From positions 62,001-126,000 of the forward strand of contig NMRA01000389.1 in the NCBI GenBank assembly GCA_002633005.1: a stretch of DNA of 64,000 bases, written 5' to 3'. The position numbers and the translations under genes are program-made. Below, in pieces: positions 13,001 to 25,230 of this stretch; the stretch's first letter is position 1; every line of letters begins with the position of its first letter. The stretch is from Phoronis australis. Its lineage: Eukaryota; Animalia; Phoronida. The notes under the pieces are model-generated. The model had not been told where the DNA came from. It did no database searches and saw nothing but the letters and a program-made list of their open reading frames with translations.

Positions 13001-14014
13001 GAAGGACACCTTAGGGGGGGCCGTTGATGTCTTATATTCGTTTCCACTTGGAGGTCGTATTCCCTGGCACGAGCAGCGTAAAAATTGCCAGTTGGAAGGA
13101 ATTAAAGACGTCAACAGCCTCCTAACATGCACCTCTAAGCACAAAGGATACTAATAGCCACATGACTTTGATGGTTTAATCAGTGTAAAGAATAATTCAT
13201 CGAAAAGCTTCCGAAACATGCAAGGCCTCTGGGATGGCTACCGTCTCTACTGACAGTTGAGACAGTGGTACTGTCTTCATAGACGAATGAGATAAATAAG
13301 TCCCGTAAAGGTGCAGATACAGATGGAGGTGTGCCAACTCCCAGCTCAGTCACTTTGTATAGTGAAAGAATGAAAAGTGTCCCTTATGTTTGTCCATTGT
13401 CAGACACCCTTTTTGGTCATGGATGCCCTCTAAGACGGTGACGTACCTTTTGATTCCGTTCCGTCACCGTCAGGTAAAGTGACCCAAGGAACAACGTGGT
13501 TGTTGAGTATCTGGTAAATGACACCTGTGCGATCATCTACAGTGTAAAGCTTGCCATTAAAAACCACAAGCTCCGACAGTTCCATGCCTCTTCCTTTTTG
13601 AGACAATGTTGATTTAAGTTTAATGGCATCGGAATCCCATTCAATAGTGACTCTCTTCCTTTTCTTATCAAGGGTTAAAAAACCTTTCTGGTACAATGCA
13701 AACCATTCAAATTTGTCCGGCACCTTGCTAGCTGTATCCAAATCAGTGATCACTGCAATCCTGAATCGCAGACCATGCGCAGTAGTTTCAACTGGAGTAA
13801 GGGGGTATGTTGTGTTGAGAGCACTGAACCACTCGGGTCTGCCTTTGTACAGCTGCCTGGGATGGTCAGGACATATCACAGACAACAGCACTAAAACAAT
13901 TCCTCCAATCATGGCAGTGATATAAGAGACACACAGAGGATTGACATGTACGTGATGGCGATGTAAGTAAAAAGGCGGTGGAGTTCGTACGGCTTTCCGC
14001 CAGTCTACGTCCAT
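10079..14014 (-). CDS. CANT1: Soluble calcium-activated nucleotidase 1 (apyrase, type II membrane anchor), ~380 aa, 3 coding exons
   Basis: Exons 14014-13447, 11999-11796, 10449-10079, GT-AG with phases 1/1. Motifs: [10 protein letters not shown], a TM segment, [98 protein letters not shown]. Probable 5' UTR intron 14193-14116. Confidence 0.97.
12927..13275. mobile_element. Foldback (palindromic) MITE-like element in CANT1 intron 1
   Basis: Perfect 20-bp inverted repeat accactgtctcaactgtcag (12933-12952 / 13250-13269), plus inner inverted blocks (aagcttttcg; gtggctat...cctttgtgc; ttaggggg...ttgatgtctt). Confidence 0.75.
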
Positions 14015-15728
14015 GTCAGTGAAGTTGGAAGAGCGTGGTCATATTTCATACATTGACTGGGATATCCGATATGACACGCGAGGCTGGAGCTGCACTGTCA
14101 CACACTGTTAATCACCTACAATTAGTTCAGGTATGTCAAATCTGACACATCTCACACACTAGCCCTGACACTGACAGTGTACACGTATTTCACCTCAGTT
14201 TCACCCCGACTTCCACGTCACGACAAACGGAATCTCTATACTAATAACTGTATTCTGTTTCCTCATACAAAATTCTTGCACCCAGATGCTTCACACACTG
14301 TCTAAATTTTTGTACTGATGAATCGGAATAAAGTTTTGAGTAAAAAAGAATTTCGTTCAGACTGTGTAAATAAGTGAACCAGCTGCACCAAACGCCGGAA
14401 ACTGGTAACTCTCTCTAGTGTTAATGTGAGGAACTAGCGTTCGAGTTCAATAACTGGGTCGAGTTCTCTCTCGCGGCAAAATTTAGCCAAGATCACGTGC
14501 TCTTCATTGATATTACAGTAATGTCTCGCGAAATAGTGCGAGATCTTGATTTTGTAGCGCAACACAAAAAGCAAAGACGACGGTCTCTGAACTCTGAACT
14601 CATCCCAGTGTGTCTTGAAAAACAAATGTTTCAACACAAATATTTTTCGGAAGCTAATTACTTAAAAATGGCTCTCTGTTGGCGAATGCAATAGCTTTCT
14701 AACATCACAAAATTAAAATGCTATTTCGGTGGCGGACTTGACCGGTCACATGAGTGTCACATGATATAAACATTTTGCAATGGCGATGAGAACATGTTGG
14801 AGGACGAAAATTCACTTGTGGTGACAGAATTTGGTACGTGAATTGGGCAACTATCTCTTGACCAAAACCCAGGAGGTTGTACAGGGACCATTTAGAAAAC
14901 GTGGGTATGGGTGAATTTATCCTTGGTGCAAAGCTGTATACTGAATTACAACTTTGCATCGATATGGGTAGCTGGCCAGGTAGCTGTATGATTGAAGACT
15001 GTCGTCAAAATACAGCTAGGTCCCACTGCGTGTATTTCTTCTGTAGACCCCGAAATTGCACACAGCCAGGGTAGTTCTGCTCGTCCCCGCACCGTGAAAC
15101 TTGTATCAACATGCAAAGCTAAAGACCGGACGGTGTGCATGCAAAATCTGGGAGCCAACCGACACTCTTGCCCGTTAAAACCGTTTAAGTGAAAAACAAT
15201 GCAATAAACGTCATTTTCTTGCGTAACTCTCCCCCTTTTCTAACAATGAAAAGTATGTCGTCGTTTCGAAAACAATACGCTCGTGTCACGCGCCTGCGCC
15301 ATTTCCTAAATTTTTGCGACATCTCTCGGGTGATGATGATAGCTTGGCAGCAGCAAAATTTCTTCTGAAATTCGATTTTTCGGTATCAAAATTCTAAAAA
15401 CTTATAATGAAGTGAAACCAGTTCTGATAATTTGTTGTGACATGTACGCAAGCTTGTGAAAGAACAACAGTTGAATGAAGAATCGTCGAAAAAAGAAACT
15501 GGCCAATAGGTGACGCAATATTTCATGGCGCCGAAAGCCGTCGCTAAAGATCGCTCCACAACTTTAGCATCAGAATAATGGTAGAACGCCATTTTTTCCA
15601 ACATTGTTAAATAATTTTGTTTACTCAAGGAAGACTGCAGTTTTTAATGACACTATTTGTACTAAGGCTACGATATGGGGTACTGCCAGTACTACTGGCC
15701 AAAAAAGTCAAAACAAAAGAAGATCGCC

Positions 15729-16548
15729 AATTTTTCTAACACCGGTAAATAATTCAATTTCTCAAATGAACTGAAATGTGTGACGACACGACTGGTTGCA
15801 GTGGTGGATCTAGAATATCATTAGAGGGGGGGCCCAATATTTTGTCTCTTAAACAGGATTGTGGAGGTGCACAGCGCCGATGGGGGGGAGGTTGGGAGCG
15901 GGCTTTCCCCCTCCCGCCCAGGGGAAAATTTTGTTTTTGCTTCTAAAACAAGCATTTTCCTTGGTTTCTGAAGTATTTTCAAAAAAAAAACTGGCAATAT
16001 GTGTAAAAAATGGAAAATTTGTATATTGCACGGACTCGAACTCACGATCTAGTATTGGTCAGAGCGTGTGTGCCCTTCCACTGCACCACCACGCTAGGAT
16101 ACATACTTGTTTATGGTCCTGTTGTGAAACGTGCTTCTGGTGAATCATATATGAGCCTCTGTTAGCCACTTGCTAACTAGCAATTGCCTATTAGCTGAAT
16201 GGTTAGCATGCTCGCCGATAAATCTGGGTCGATGGTTCGATTCCTTAGGTGGGGTAATCTCGGCTATTACGACAATTGGCGTAGTCAGCAAATGGATGAT
16301 ATGCCAAGGCTTGCCGAGGGATTTTGGCAAAATTTCTAAGAGGGTTCGCTGATGTCATAAACCTGAGACTCGTGTAGGATTCTCTATTTACTAGTACTGA
16401 TGGTGAAGTGTGACACTAATTTTATTAAGATTTTAATGACACAAATTTTGTGTCAGATTTAAATAAAATCTGACACAAAATTAGTGTCATTACATTCTAC
16501 ACCCTTAAGTACTAGAAAACTAAATTATGTACCGGTGTTAGAAAAATT
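15729..16548. mobile_element. Non-autonomous element bounded by inverted repeats, containing nested insertions
   Basis: aatttttctaacaccggtaaataatt (15729-15754) is inverted at 16523-16548 (aattatgtaccggtgttagaaaaatt). An internal 26-bp palindrome lies at 16435-16490. Confidence 0.6.
16186..16390 (+). mobile_element. tRNA-derived SINE
   Basis: Pol III A-box-like tagctgaatggttagc (from 16192) and B-box ggttcgattcc (16234-16244), followed by a non-tRNA body. It lacks an intact cloverleaf and acceptor stem. Confidence 0.65.
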
Positions 16549-16984
16549 GCCATTCTATGTTATTCTGCTGCGTTGCATCGGCTTTCGGCATCATGAAAAA
16601 CAGCATTACCTATTGGCCTGCGTCTTTTTTCTTTTCTTAGTATTTTAATCATGACCAGCAAACCAAATTTTAGATGTCGCTAAAAATTTAGGCAGCAGTG
16701 CTCGATGCTTAGCTTGAAGCCAGGTCATCAAAAGGACTTTGCAAAAATACCAGGTTGTCAAAGGAAATCTAGGATTACCAAAACTGAATGAAATTGTTGA
16801 CCAAAAAAGCAACATGCTGCACTCCATTCTCAAAGCATTGAGCATGCCTCTTCCATTTTTTCCTCTAAAAATATGCACCATTCAATTCAACGTCTCTTGC
16901 CAAAGAAGAACGCAGATGATACTCTGGGGGGCGTGTTTTTCGTGGTCCGATCTTGACCAATTTTTGTGAAACAATTCCAACTTC

Positions 16985-17090
16985 TGTCTACTTCCTGTTG
17001 TAATTTAAAAGCATTTGTGATATGTGCTGACTGCTGAGGGTGGCAAATGCGCTGATTTCACAAAATCAGCGGAACAATCGTGAACCAAAG
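16985..17090 (+). promoter_or_regulatory. Probable FLCN promoter and non-coding first exon
   Basis: ETS-like acttcctg at ~16990; donor AAG/gtattg at 17090/17091; acceptor tttcag 8 nt before the FLCN ATG. The TSS is inferred, not observed. Confidence 0.5.
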
Positions 17091-17541
17091 GTATTGAATC
17101 TAGGAAAACTGTGTGGAAGTCACCTCAAATTTTGAAATGAATTTCGAAGGAAATTATTGTTTGACAGTGATACTCGCTGTGGAAACTTCAGATGTTTCCC
17201 AAGTCATATTCCTCTGGTCGTAATAGTAGTAGTAACTGCATATTTATTGTACATAAAAACATGATCCAGAACATAACTTAAAATTTGAAGAAAATAATGA
17301 ACAATACTTTTCTTAAGATTAGAAATTTGGAAACAATTTGGGAAGCATCCTTTGGTGTACTTTTTCAATAAGCAAACTATTAAGAATTTAAAAATATCCG
17401 CAAGAACAAAGAAAGTCATTGTAAAACGTAATGTTTTCATGCTACTAGGAATTTCTTCATTACTTTGGTTACATTTTAAATTCTTAATAATATGATGGCC
17501 AAGACTGATTTTACTTTGTTCTTCTATTTTCAGATAGAACA

Positions 17542-20500
17542 ATGAATGCAATTATTGCTCTTTGTCATTTTTGTGAGTTACATGGACCCAGTGTCCTGTT
17601 TTGCACTCAAGCGTTTCATACAAGTGACCCTCAGCATGTGTTAGAGAAAGATAGCTCTGCGAATAACACTTCTGGGTCATACTATGTTCGTCCTAAGGAA
17701 CGAAGGATTCGGGAAACCTCACCATCTGGTGAACACACTATGGCCACTAAGAAATCTGACATGTGCGAGGTAAATGGTGCTTTTTTCTTATAATGAAACT
17801 CTGGTCTCACCTGGTATTTAACAGCAATTCATGAATCAACTTCTGACCTTGAGGAATATCCCTAAAAGTTGAGGTACACAGTTTATGAATATTTTTTCCA
17901 ACCAGTGAAGCTTGGACATCTGGGGGACGGCTGGTGTGATCCTCTTTACTGGGTGGCTGGCTTCCTCATGTCATCTTCCAGATGTCGTAGTGCTGTTTTG
18001 TAGAGATTAATGGCAAGTTTGCCATACTGAACTTCAAAATGATGTGCTTTTTTCTGTGGAGTTTCATTTTTGTTTCATTTGGTTTGGTTTATTTTTCTAC
18101 CAGCTAACTGGATAACTAATATTTGCAACCTGTTACATATTGAAGACAATTGCATTGAAATAACATATTTTATTGAGACAAATTGTCTGCTCTCATAGAT
18201 AATTTCTTTGCATATACTCTATAACTTATTGTGCCAACTGTTTCTCACTTTCTATCAATAAAATGTTTTTTTAAATTCCAGTAGCATTGAAAATTCTAAA
18301 CACAAGTCCATTTTGTAACTTTCAGGGTTGCAGGTCTCTCGCTCATGGACAGCCTGGTTACATTAGCAGTGATCATGAAGCTAGAGTGAGTTATGTCAGC
18401 AGTCAGCACCCAGATGAAGCACAGCTGTTCAGTTTAGTGAGACAGGCCTGTGTCAGAAGTCTAAGCTGTGAGGTAATTCATTTGTACATTTGTTTCGTTT
18501 GGAATGACATAAGTTTCAAATTGACATGTCTTGGAAAAATAGGAAAAGAAAAATAACATATACATATATAAAGTTTGTTCACATCCCTAGACCCTTTGTG
18601 TTCATTGTAGTTGACACTGGTGTTATTGATGTAGCAATGTATTGCAGTGCCTGACATGTTCTGTTGTACCCAGGTCCTAGTGGTTCAACATTGTGAACAT
18701 GTTCCAAACTTGTAGCAAGAGATGAATTTTTCACTGGTTGATAAGATGTTGAGAAATTTTACCAGAGTGTCTCTTGAAAAAAAGTCAAAGCACTGTTGGA
18801 ATTATAATGAGCCTTCTTTTTGTTTTTAACAGTGTCTCTTGAACAATGCCTATGATATTTAACAGCGTTACTTGAACAATGCTTTGATATTCTGTTTTTC
18901 CAGGTGTGTCAAGGCCGGGAGGGACCCATGTTCTTCGGTGAAGAACAACGCAGTTACGTATTCAGTTACACATTCTTCCTCAAAGACAGTCATGCAAGGG
19001 GACTCCAACGCTGGTACAGCATCATAGTAGTCATGATGGACAGAATTTATTTATTGAACTCATGGCCATTCTTGGTTAAGCACACCAGGAATATCATAGA
19101 CAAACTTCAGTCCAAGGCAAAGCTTGTTTATGATTTTGAAGCGGCCCACTGCCCGCCGAGAGCTCTCCGACTTACCTCGACTATGCCAACTACATTTCGA
19201 CAACAGCGAGGTGCTTCGCAGAATGCCCGGTCTTTGACTGATATGACTAATGACAAAAACGTGTTTGCATTTCTTCACCTGGCCTTTACCTGGATACTGA
19301 AAGCAGGCAGTAACAGAATGACTGAAAAGTTACTGGAAGGGCCTCCAACTGAAGATTCCATCATTGACTTGGAAAAACAGGAAGGTGGGTATTTCAGTTT
19401 ATATTACTTTTTTAAGAAAAAAGTGCATCCAAAGCTGCGCACCCATAAAATCATTTTACAACTTTTTGTGCTTGATTATAATCGAATGTCACAAAAATGA
19501 AGCCTCAGAAAAACACTGGACTTATGAAATGGAATTTTTAATATTGTTTTTGATGAGCTTTTGATGGAATAAAATTCCTTACGTTGTGTAATTAATGTAA
19601 CACGTATTTGTTTAGCTAGTATTTCTATTAGTTACTTGTTTGTAATTTTTTGATTTTCATTTTTGTGTCCAGACTCTAGTCTTCATCCTTTGTGTGAACA
19701 GAATTTGATGTTGTTGTCCTGCTAACAAGGTGGAAACTGTTTCAGAAACTGAAGAAGGTTTTATAAAGTTGTTCAGTAAGAAGGTAGATATTAAAGACAC
19801 TGATGTGAATCTCAAGGCACTTGGTGAGGACCAACCTGTTGACTGTCCAGTATTTAAAAATCTCCGCCATGTTTATAAGGTTAGTGAATACTGGTGTGCT
19901 TTCTGTAGATACCAGATTCTCAACAAAAAGCAAAATCGTGCAAGACCATGATAAATCAGAGTGTGAAAAGTGAATGTTTCATAACGTGTGCTTTTTGGGA
20001 CCTGGGTGAACTTGAATCATTTAATCAGATTTGTTAATATAAAGCTCATTGCAGAGTATATATAAGAGAGCTAGTGAAATCCAGTAATAACTCTGCTTGT
20101 TAGCCCAAAGCTGGCCACCTCATTTGGTCACTTATAAACTGGCTGATGGCAAGATAGTATTTCCCACGAACACTGTCCTTTAATATCCACTGCAGCTCAG
20201 ACTCAGTCTAAGCTTTTTTCTAAAGTTTAAGTGTCACTAATGTTAAGAATTTTTCATTTTGGGATGCAAATAGTTGCTAATAAGATTACCATTTTTTATT
20301 TGTTGAAGGCTGAACATTACTGGGAATGCTCAAAATTTTACCTAATGTTGTTTGGTGACAGTTGCACTGTATAAACCATAATAAAAACAGGCTAAAGTTT
20401 TCTTATTTTTTGCCAAGACATTCATCAAATGAAACTTTCAAATTTCCAGTATATCAGTCGATAACAGAGAAATTGTTACTTTGAATATGCTTCTATCAAA

Positions 20501-23438
20501 ATTTTTTTGGAAAAATTATAATTTATCATTTAAAAACATTTTGCAGGTGCTGGGTTATGCCAAGTTCCATAACTTGGCTCATCATATAGTCATTGGTAAC
20601 CAGGTTATAATTCGGTGCGCCCAAAGACCATTGACTGTGTCTCTGATTGACAGTTTGAAGGTGAGATTATTCATGACGGACAGCCTCTGATTTCTGTGTG
20701 CACTCTGTCGTCGTGGTGAGGGATTCTGCTTGTTTTCATTATGGGAAATATTGGATCATTATGTCCAGTTATATTTGGCTTGGAGTGTAGTATTGTCACA
20801 TCTAAAAGACGAGCTGGTGGTGCAGCTCACCCACAATGTCGAAGCACAAGGTTTAGATACTGGGTAGACTTAATTTGTAGGGCCAATTATTATTCTTTCT
20901 AATTGTGAAAAATTATTTTTCAGTTTTTCTCATTTAAAATGCTGTTTCAATTTCATTCATTTCTTGAAAATTGGTTTTAATCCCATCACACGAAACACTA
21001 GTATCTGAATGGGAATTGGTAATGAAAGGCAACACAATTATTTACCTTTAGTTTTTGTTTGGGTCACTTTACGTTGTCGAGCATTTATCCTGCAGCATGG
21101 TTTTAGTGATAACTTTCTGCAAGCCATGCTGATTATTTCTCGAAACTCGAAAAAGAAAAGTGCCACCCTCGTGTGTAGCTGACTAGAACAGTGAATTTGT
21201 GGGAATATTAAACCATTATAATTCAACAAAAGCTGGTTAGCTACCACTGTATTGCATACTTCCTGGGAGTTGAGGATGTATAAAGCTTAGATCTAAACCT
21301 TGGTTTATAATGCTGTGATTTATAATTAGGAATTAAAAAGTATTTCATGAATTACAGCTGTGATCACCATTACTGGTACTTTTACAGCTACTGTTTTTGT
21401 TACTATTGTTACTTTTCCTTTGTCATTATTGTTATCTGATTGGTGCGTTCTTCATAAATAGTTGAATCGTTCTGACTGAAAGCAACTAAAATTTGAAGTC
21501 TCATTTGGTTACTTAATATAGTTAGTCTGAAGTGTCCTCTAACACTCTCCCATCACATTTGGTGAATTGTTATTTGCCAAATCAGACACTGCATGGAATG
21601 TTTCAGTTTATATTCAAGTACCTAAGCCATGGTGGCTGGCTTTGAATTAATTGTCGAGCTAATTTTAATATCTAGTTCAATTTTTTTACAAGCCGTTTTG
21701 ACTTGTCATTGCATCGAGCTTGACTTTTGTCGTTACGAGTTTGGCTTACCTGCGTTCAGTTTAAAACGGTATGCAATGAGAAAAACAGGAAGATTAGAAG
21801 GCTTTACTCAAGAGGAACACCATGCTGAGAGGTCATCTAATCAGGTGATTAGTTCAGTGGGCCCAGCTGTGACCTAAGCACGCCTGGCACACCACGGATG
21901 GTACCAGACCACCTGCCTATCTTTTTATGCAATGAGTTTGAAGTACTGGGGGATTATCCATTTCTTAATCAGGACATTTTTGACTTTTGATACCAGTTCA
22001 ATACATTTATTCCAAAACTTAACACACAAACTCAAGCAGTATGGACGTGGAGTTTCAAACACGTGCATGAACTTAATAATTCCAATTGAGTTTGAATTTT
22101 CTGTTGTGGAGAACACTGTAGTTGTAAGTAGGTTTTCTCCATGCAAGTTGTTCGTAGTATTACACGTATCTACTGTGCATTTCAGGCTCTGTTACCCAAG
22201 GGATGTTGCCGGGTTATAATGTATTCATCAGAATACGAGGACTCCTGGAGGTGTAACTTTCTTGGTTTACCCTTACGTACTGGTCTGCCAGTGCACCGAG
22301 ATGTGCTTGAGTTGTGCGTTGTTGTGGACATTTCATCCTCTCCTGGTGTGCCTAGCCAGATGGAGTCGGACTTTGTGGGGTTCCACTTTGAGTTGACAAC
22401 CTGGGCTACACTGCCAGAGAAGGGTGAGCATATTGTACTGTGGAGTTTGTGTGTTGAAATAAGGCAAACACAAGTTAAAGTGAACGCAAAAATGTTTGAA
22501 TTGATATAAACCTCAAAACATTGAGATGGTCTTGACATCTGAGCTACTTACGTTCTTTGGTATTAGCTTTTTAATAGTTTTTGTTCAAAACCTCTTAATT
22601 CCATGAAAGAAGTCTTATTCCAGGAATTTTGATCGTTTTCTGTTATCTAGCAGTAAAGTAGATTATCAACAAATGCACTTGATTACAGATGTGTCATTTT
22701 CAATTTTGTAGGTCCTGGTATATTGACCAAGATGGAGGCTGCTATTATGAATGACAGTTTAAGCTGGGAAGTTGTGGAACAGTGTCTGATTTGCCTTAAA
22801 GAAGAATGTATGAAGTAAGCATTGCTTAGTATGTGAAGTGGGTTATTGAACAGATATGATAGGACTAGAAGTGGTGGGTGTCCTGGTACACTGCTGTGTA
22901 GGCAGCCCTGTGGGCACCAGTACCTCTTCAAAAGTAGTGCAACTAACACTGTTAGAGAATGTTTTAATTTTTGAAGTTTCATATACAAAGAATAATTGTG
23001 TATTGGTCAGCCGTTTAAACTTGTCTTTGTCACCAGTAGTTCCAGCTCGGAAAAGTTTCATTTGCAGTTCATTGTTTAAGGTACATCCACATTATTTTGA
23101 TTGAAAAAATTCATAGTGATTGTACAAATGAAAGTTAATCTCTGTTTTATTAACACTGATTTGTTTGTAAAGCTTAAATCTTTATTTCACAGCAATGACA
23201 CGTCAGTATTCTGTGTATTATTAGTGCTAAGGAAATTTTCTTTTGTAGCAAAGTGAAAGTGTTATTCAAGTTTACAAAAGCTGGTGGAAATAGGTCAGAG
23301 GAAGAAACAAAGAAACTTCTGGAAACATTTGGAGCTCAAGAGGAAGACCAGCAAGTTCTCAAGTTCTGGATGACTGGACTCAGTGTGCAATACAAAAGTC
23401 ACATGTTATCAGCTACTATGACTCAGCCAAGCAGCTGA
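17542..23438 (+). CDS. FLCN: Folliculin (RagC/D GAP subunit; longin plus DENN domains), ~544 aa, 8 coding exons
   Basis: Exons 17542-17769, 18326-18472, 18904-19384, 19746-19879, 20547-20660, 22186-22423, 22712-22814, 23249-23438, phases consistent. Diagnostic [60 protein letters not shown] (arginine-finger motif intact), [45 protein letters not shown]. Confidence 0.97.
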
Positions 23439-23965
23439 AGATGTCGGTCATGTGACTTTACACTCGTGACCAACACGTACTGGACTCAGTGTGCTATGCA
23501 ACTTCACATGAAGTCCATTAACATGACTCGATCAACTGATTAAAGAATCTAGTGTTCGCAAGTATTGAATGATGGGATGACAGACAGTACATAAGTCACA
23601 TGTTGTCAGTTGCTATAAATAATTGAGGTAGATAATGTTGTTTTTGTGACTTCATAGAGAAGACAAGTACTCAACTTTAGTATAACTGGGCTTTTTTGTG
23701 CAATGCAAATCTTTTGTCTGCTACTATGAATTAGTTAAGCATTTGAAAACCTCAGTGTTGTGACTTTACTCAGATAATCAACAAGTAGTCAACCTCTGGA
23801 TGAATTGACTATATGTAATATACATGTCACATGTTGTCAGCTACTGTGAGTCAGTTACGTAGCTGAAATGCCAGTGTTATGACTTGGTGACCAGCATGTA
23901 TTCGTTTTCTGGATGACTGGACTTAGTATCCTATGGAAAATACACTGTCACTAGCTGCCACAGTA
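23346..23965 (+). repeat. Degenerate tandem array (~6 units of ~100-120 bp) derived from the FLCN terminal coding segment and stop region
   Basis: Motifs gaccagcaagt...ctggatgactggactcagtg...gtcacatgttatcagctactatga...gtgactt recur at about 23346, 23468, 23560, 23660, 23778 and 23889. Confidence 0.8.
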
Positions 23966-25230
23966 TAGTTGTGAATGTTGTTTTTTTAACAGAAGCGATT
24001 TGAGGCTTACGAACATTGTTGTGGTCATCCAATCTTGAATTATTTTTGCATTTTGCTGGCAACTCAAGTCACAGGCAAGGCCTGCATGCACTGTTTTCAA
24101 ATTTGCCAACCCCAACGAACTCTGAAGCATTTTCTTGAGTCGGTGGTGATTTCCATGTTCTTGCTGGTATCGGAAATAGTATCCATGGTTTGGGCAAGAT
24201 CACACATGACTGCGAAATCATGCAAATAAGAAATGCATGTTTTGCGAATAAGCCTAAATCTTACTAGCATTGATTAACAAAACGGCTGCCACTCAAGTGA
24301 TTGGTCAGTGACCCTAGAATGTTGATTTATGGGAGAAAAGTTCCAGTTTCCGTTCGTAAACGAAGATTTCTCACCACGAGTGTGGTGTGAGTGTCATGCA
24401 TTTTAATAACACACCACCCCTCTTTTCAGTTCCTTCATCACTTTTATGTTCCCTTCAAAGGGTCTTTGTCTTCCAGCAGTCAAAACGGGACGTCAGGACA
24501 GAAAGTCATCAATCAAGAGATCAGCAACATGAAGTAGTTGCACAGTACTCTGTAGAGACTCTGTTGAAATACAATAAAAAAGTTCAGTGCGTATCATATG
24601 TACGAGTAATAAACGTTTTGAATGTTATTCAGTATGAGCTCTTTATGATCAACTGTTGTTGTGGTAATTAAAAAAGTCGTTTTTCTTTGCCACATGTTTA
24701 GTCTTCCCAATAACAGAACAGATGCAAAAATGCTCATTGTCCTTGTTAAAACGTTTGTCACAAAATTGTCATCAGGGAACCACCTCCTTCATTCAAACCT
24801 TAGCTTTTGTGTTGTAACAGGAGTGCCCTGGACATGGAACAACTGGATTGCTTGTAAGTGTGAAACATTGTATTTGTATCTTCTTACAATAAACCTATGT
24901 ACTGTTCACCAACTATTGTATTGGCTCCGAATGTACATTAGATGATATGAGCTGCGACCCAGACAACGCGAACAATCCGCGGGGTCACGAACCCAGGTGG
25001 CTTCGTCGTGAATCGTGTATCATTAAAGCGTCCTCTCCCGGAGAAAAGGGACACAAGCGATGAACTGGTTCTTGGCTCTGTGTCTAATGAAACATGCGCA
25101 AGCGGAGACCAGAGCGTGTTGCTATCCAGGTTGCTATGTACCAACAATGGTTTAAAGTGCGGTGTGGAGTCAATCTCTCAAGATCCAGCTTGTAAACAAC
25201 ACCCTTGAAAACTCCAGAAGAGCCGCAGTC

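Noticed and set aside
16186-16260. Possible tRNA gene
   Set aside because: A and B boxes are present, but there is no convincing acceptor or anticodon stem and no terminator. It continues into a SINE-like body.
23436-23545. Stop-codon readthrough of FLCN into the repeat array
   Set aside because: The stop context is UGA-A, not the leaky UGA-C. The downstream frame closes after ~34 codons and is out of register with the FLCN-like repeat copies.
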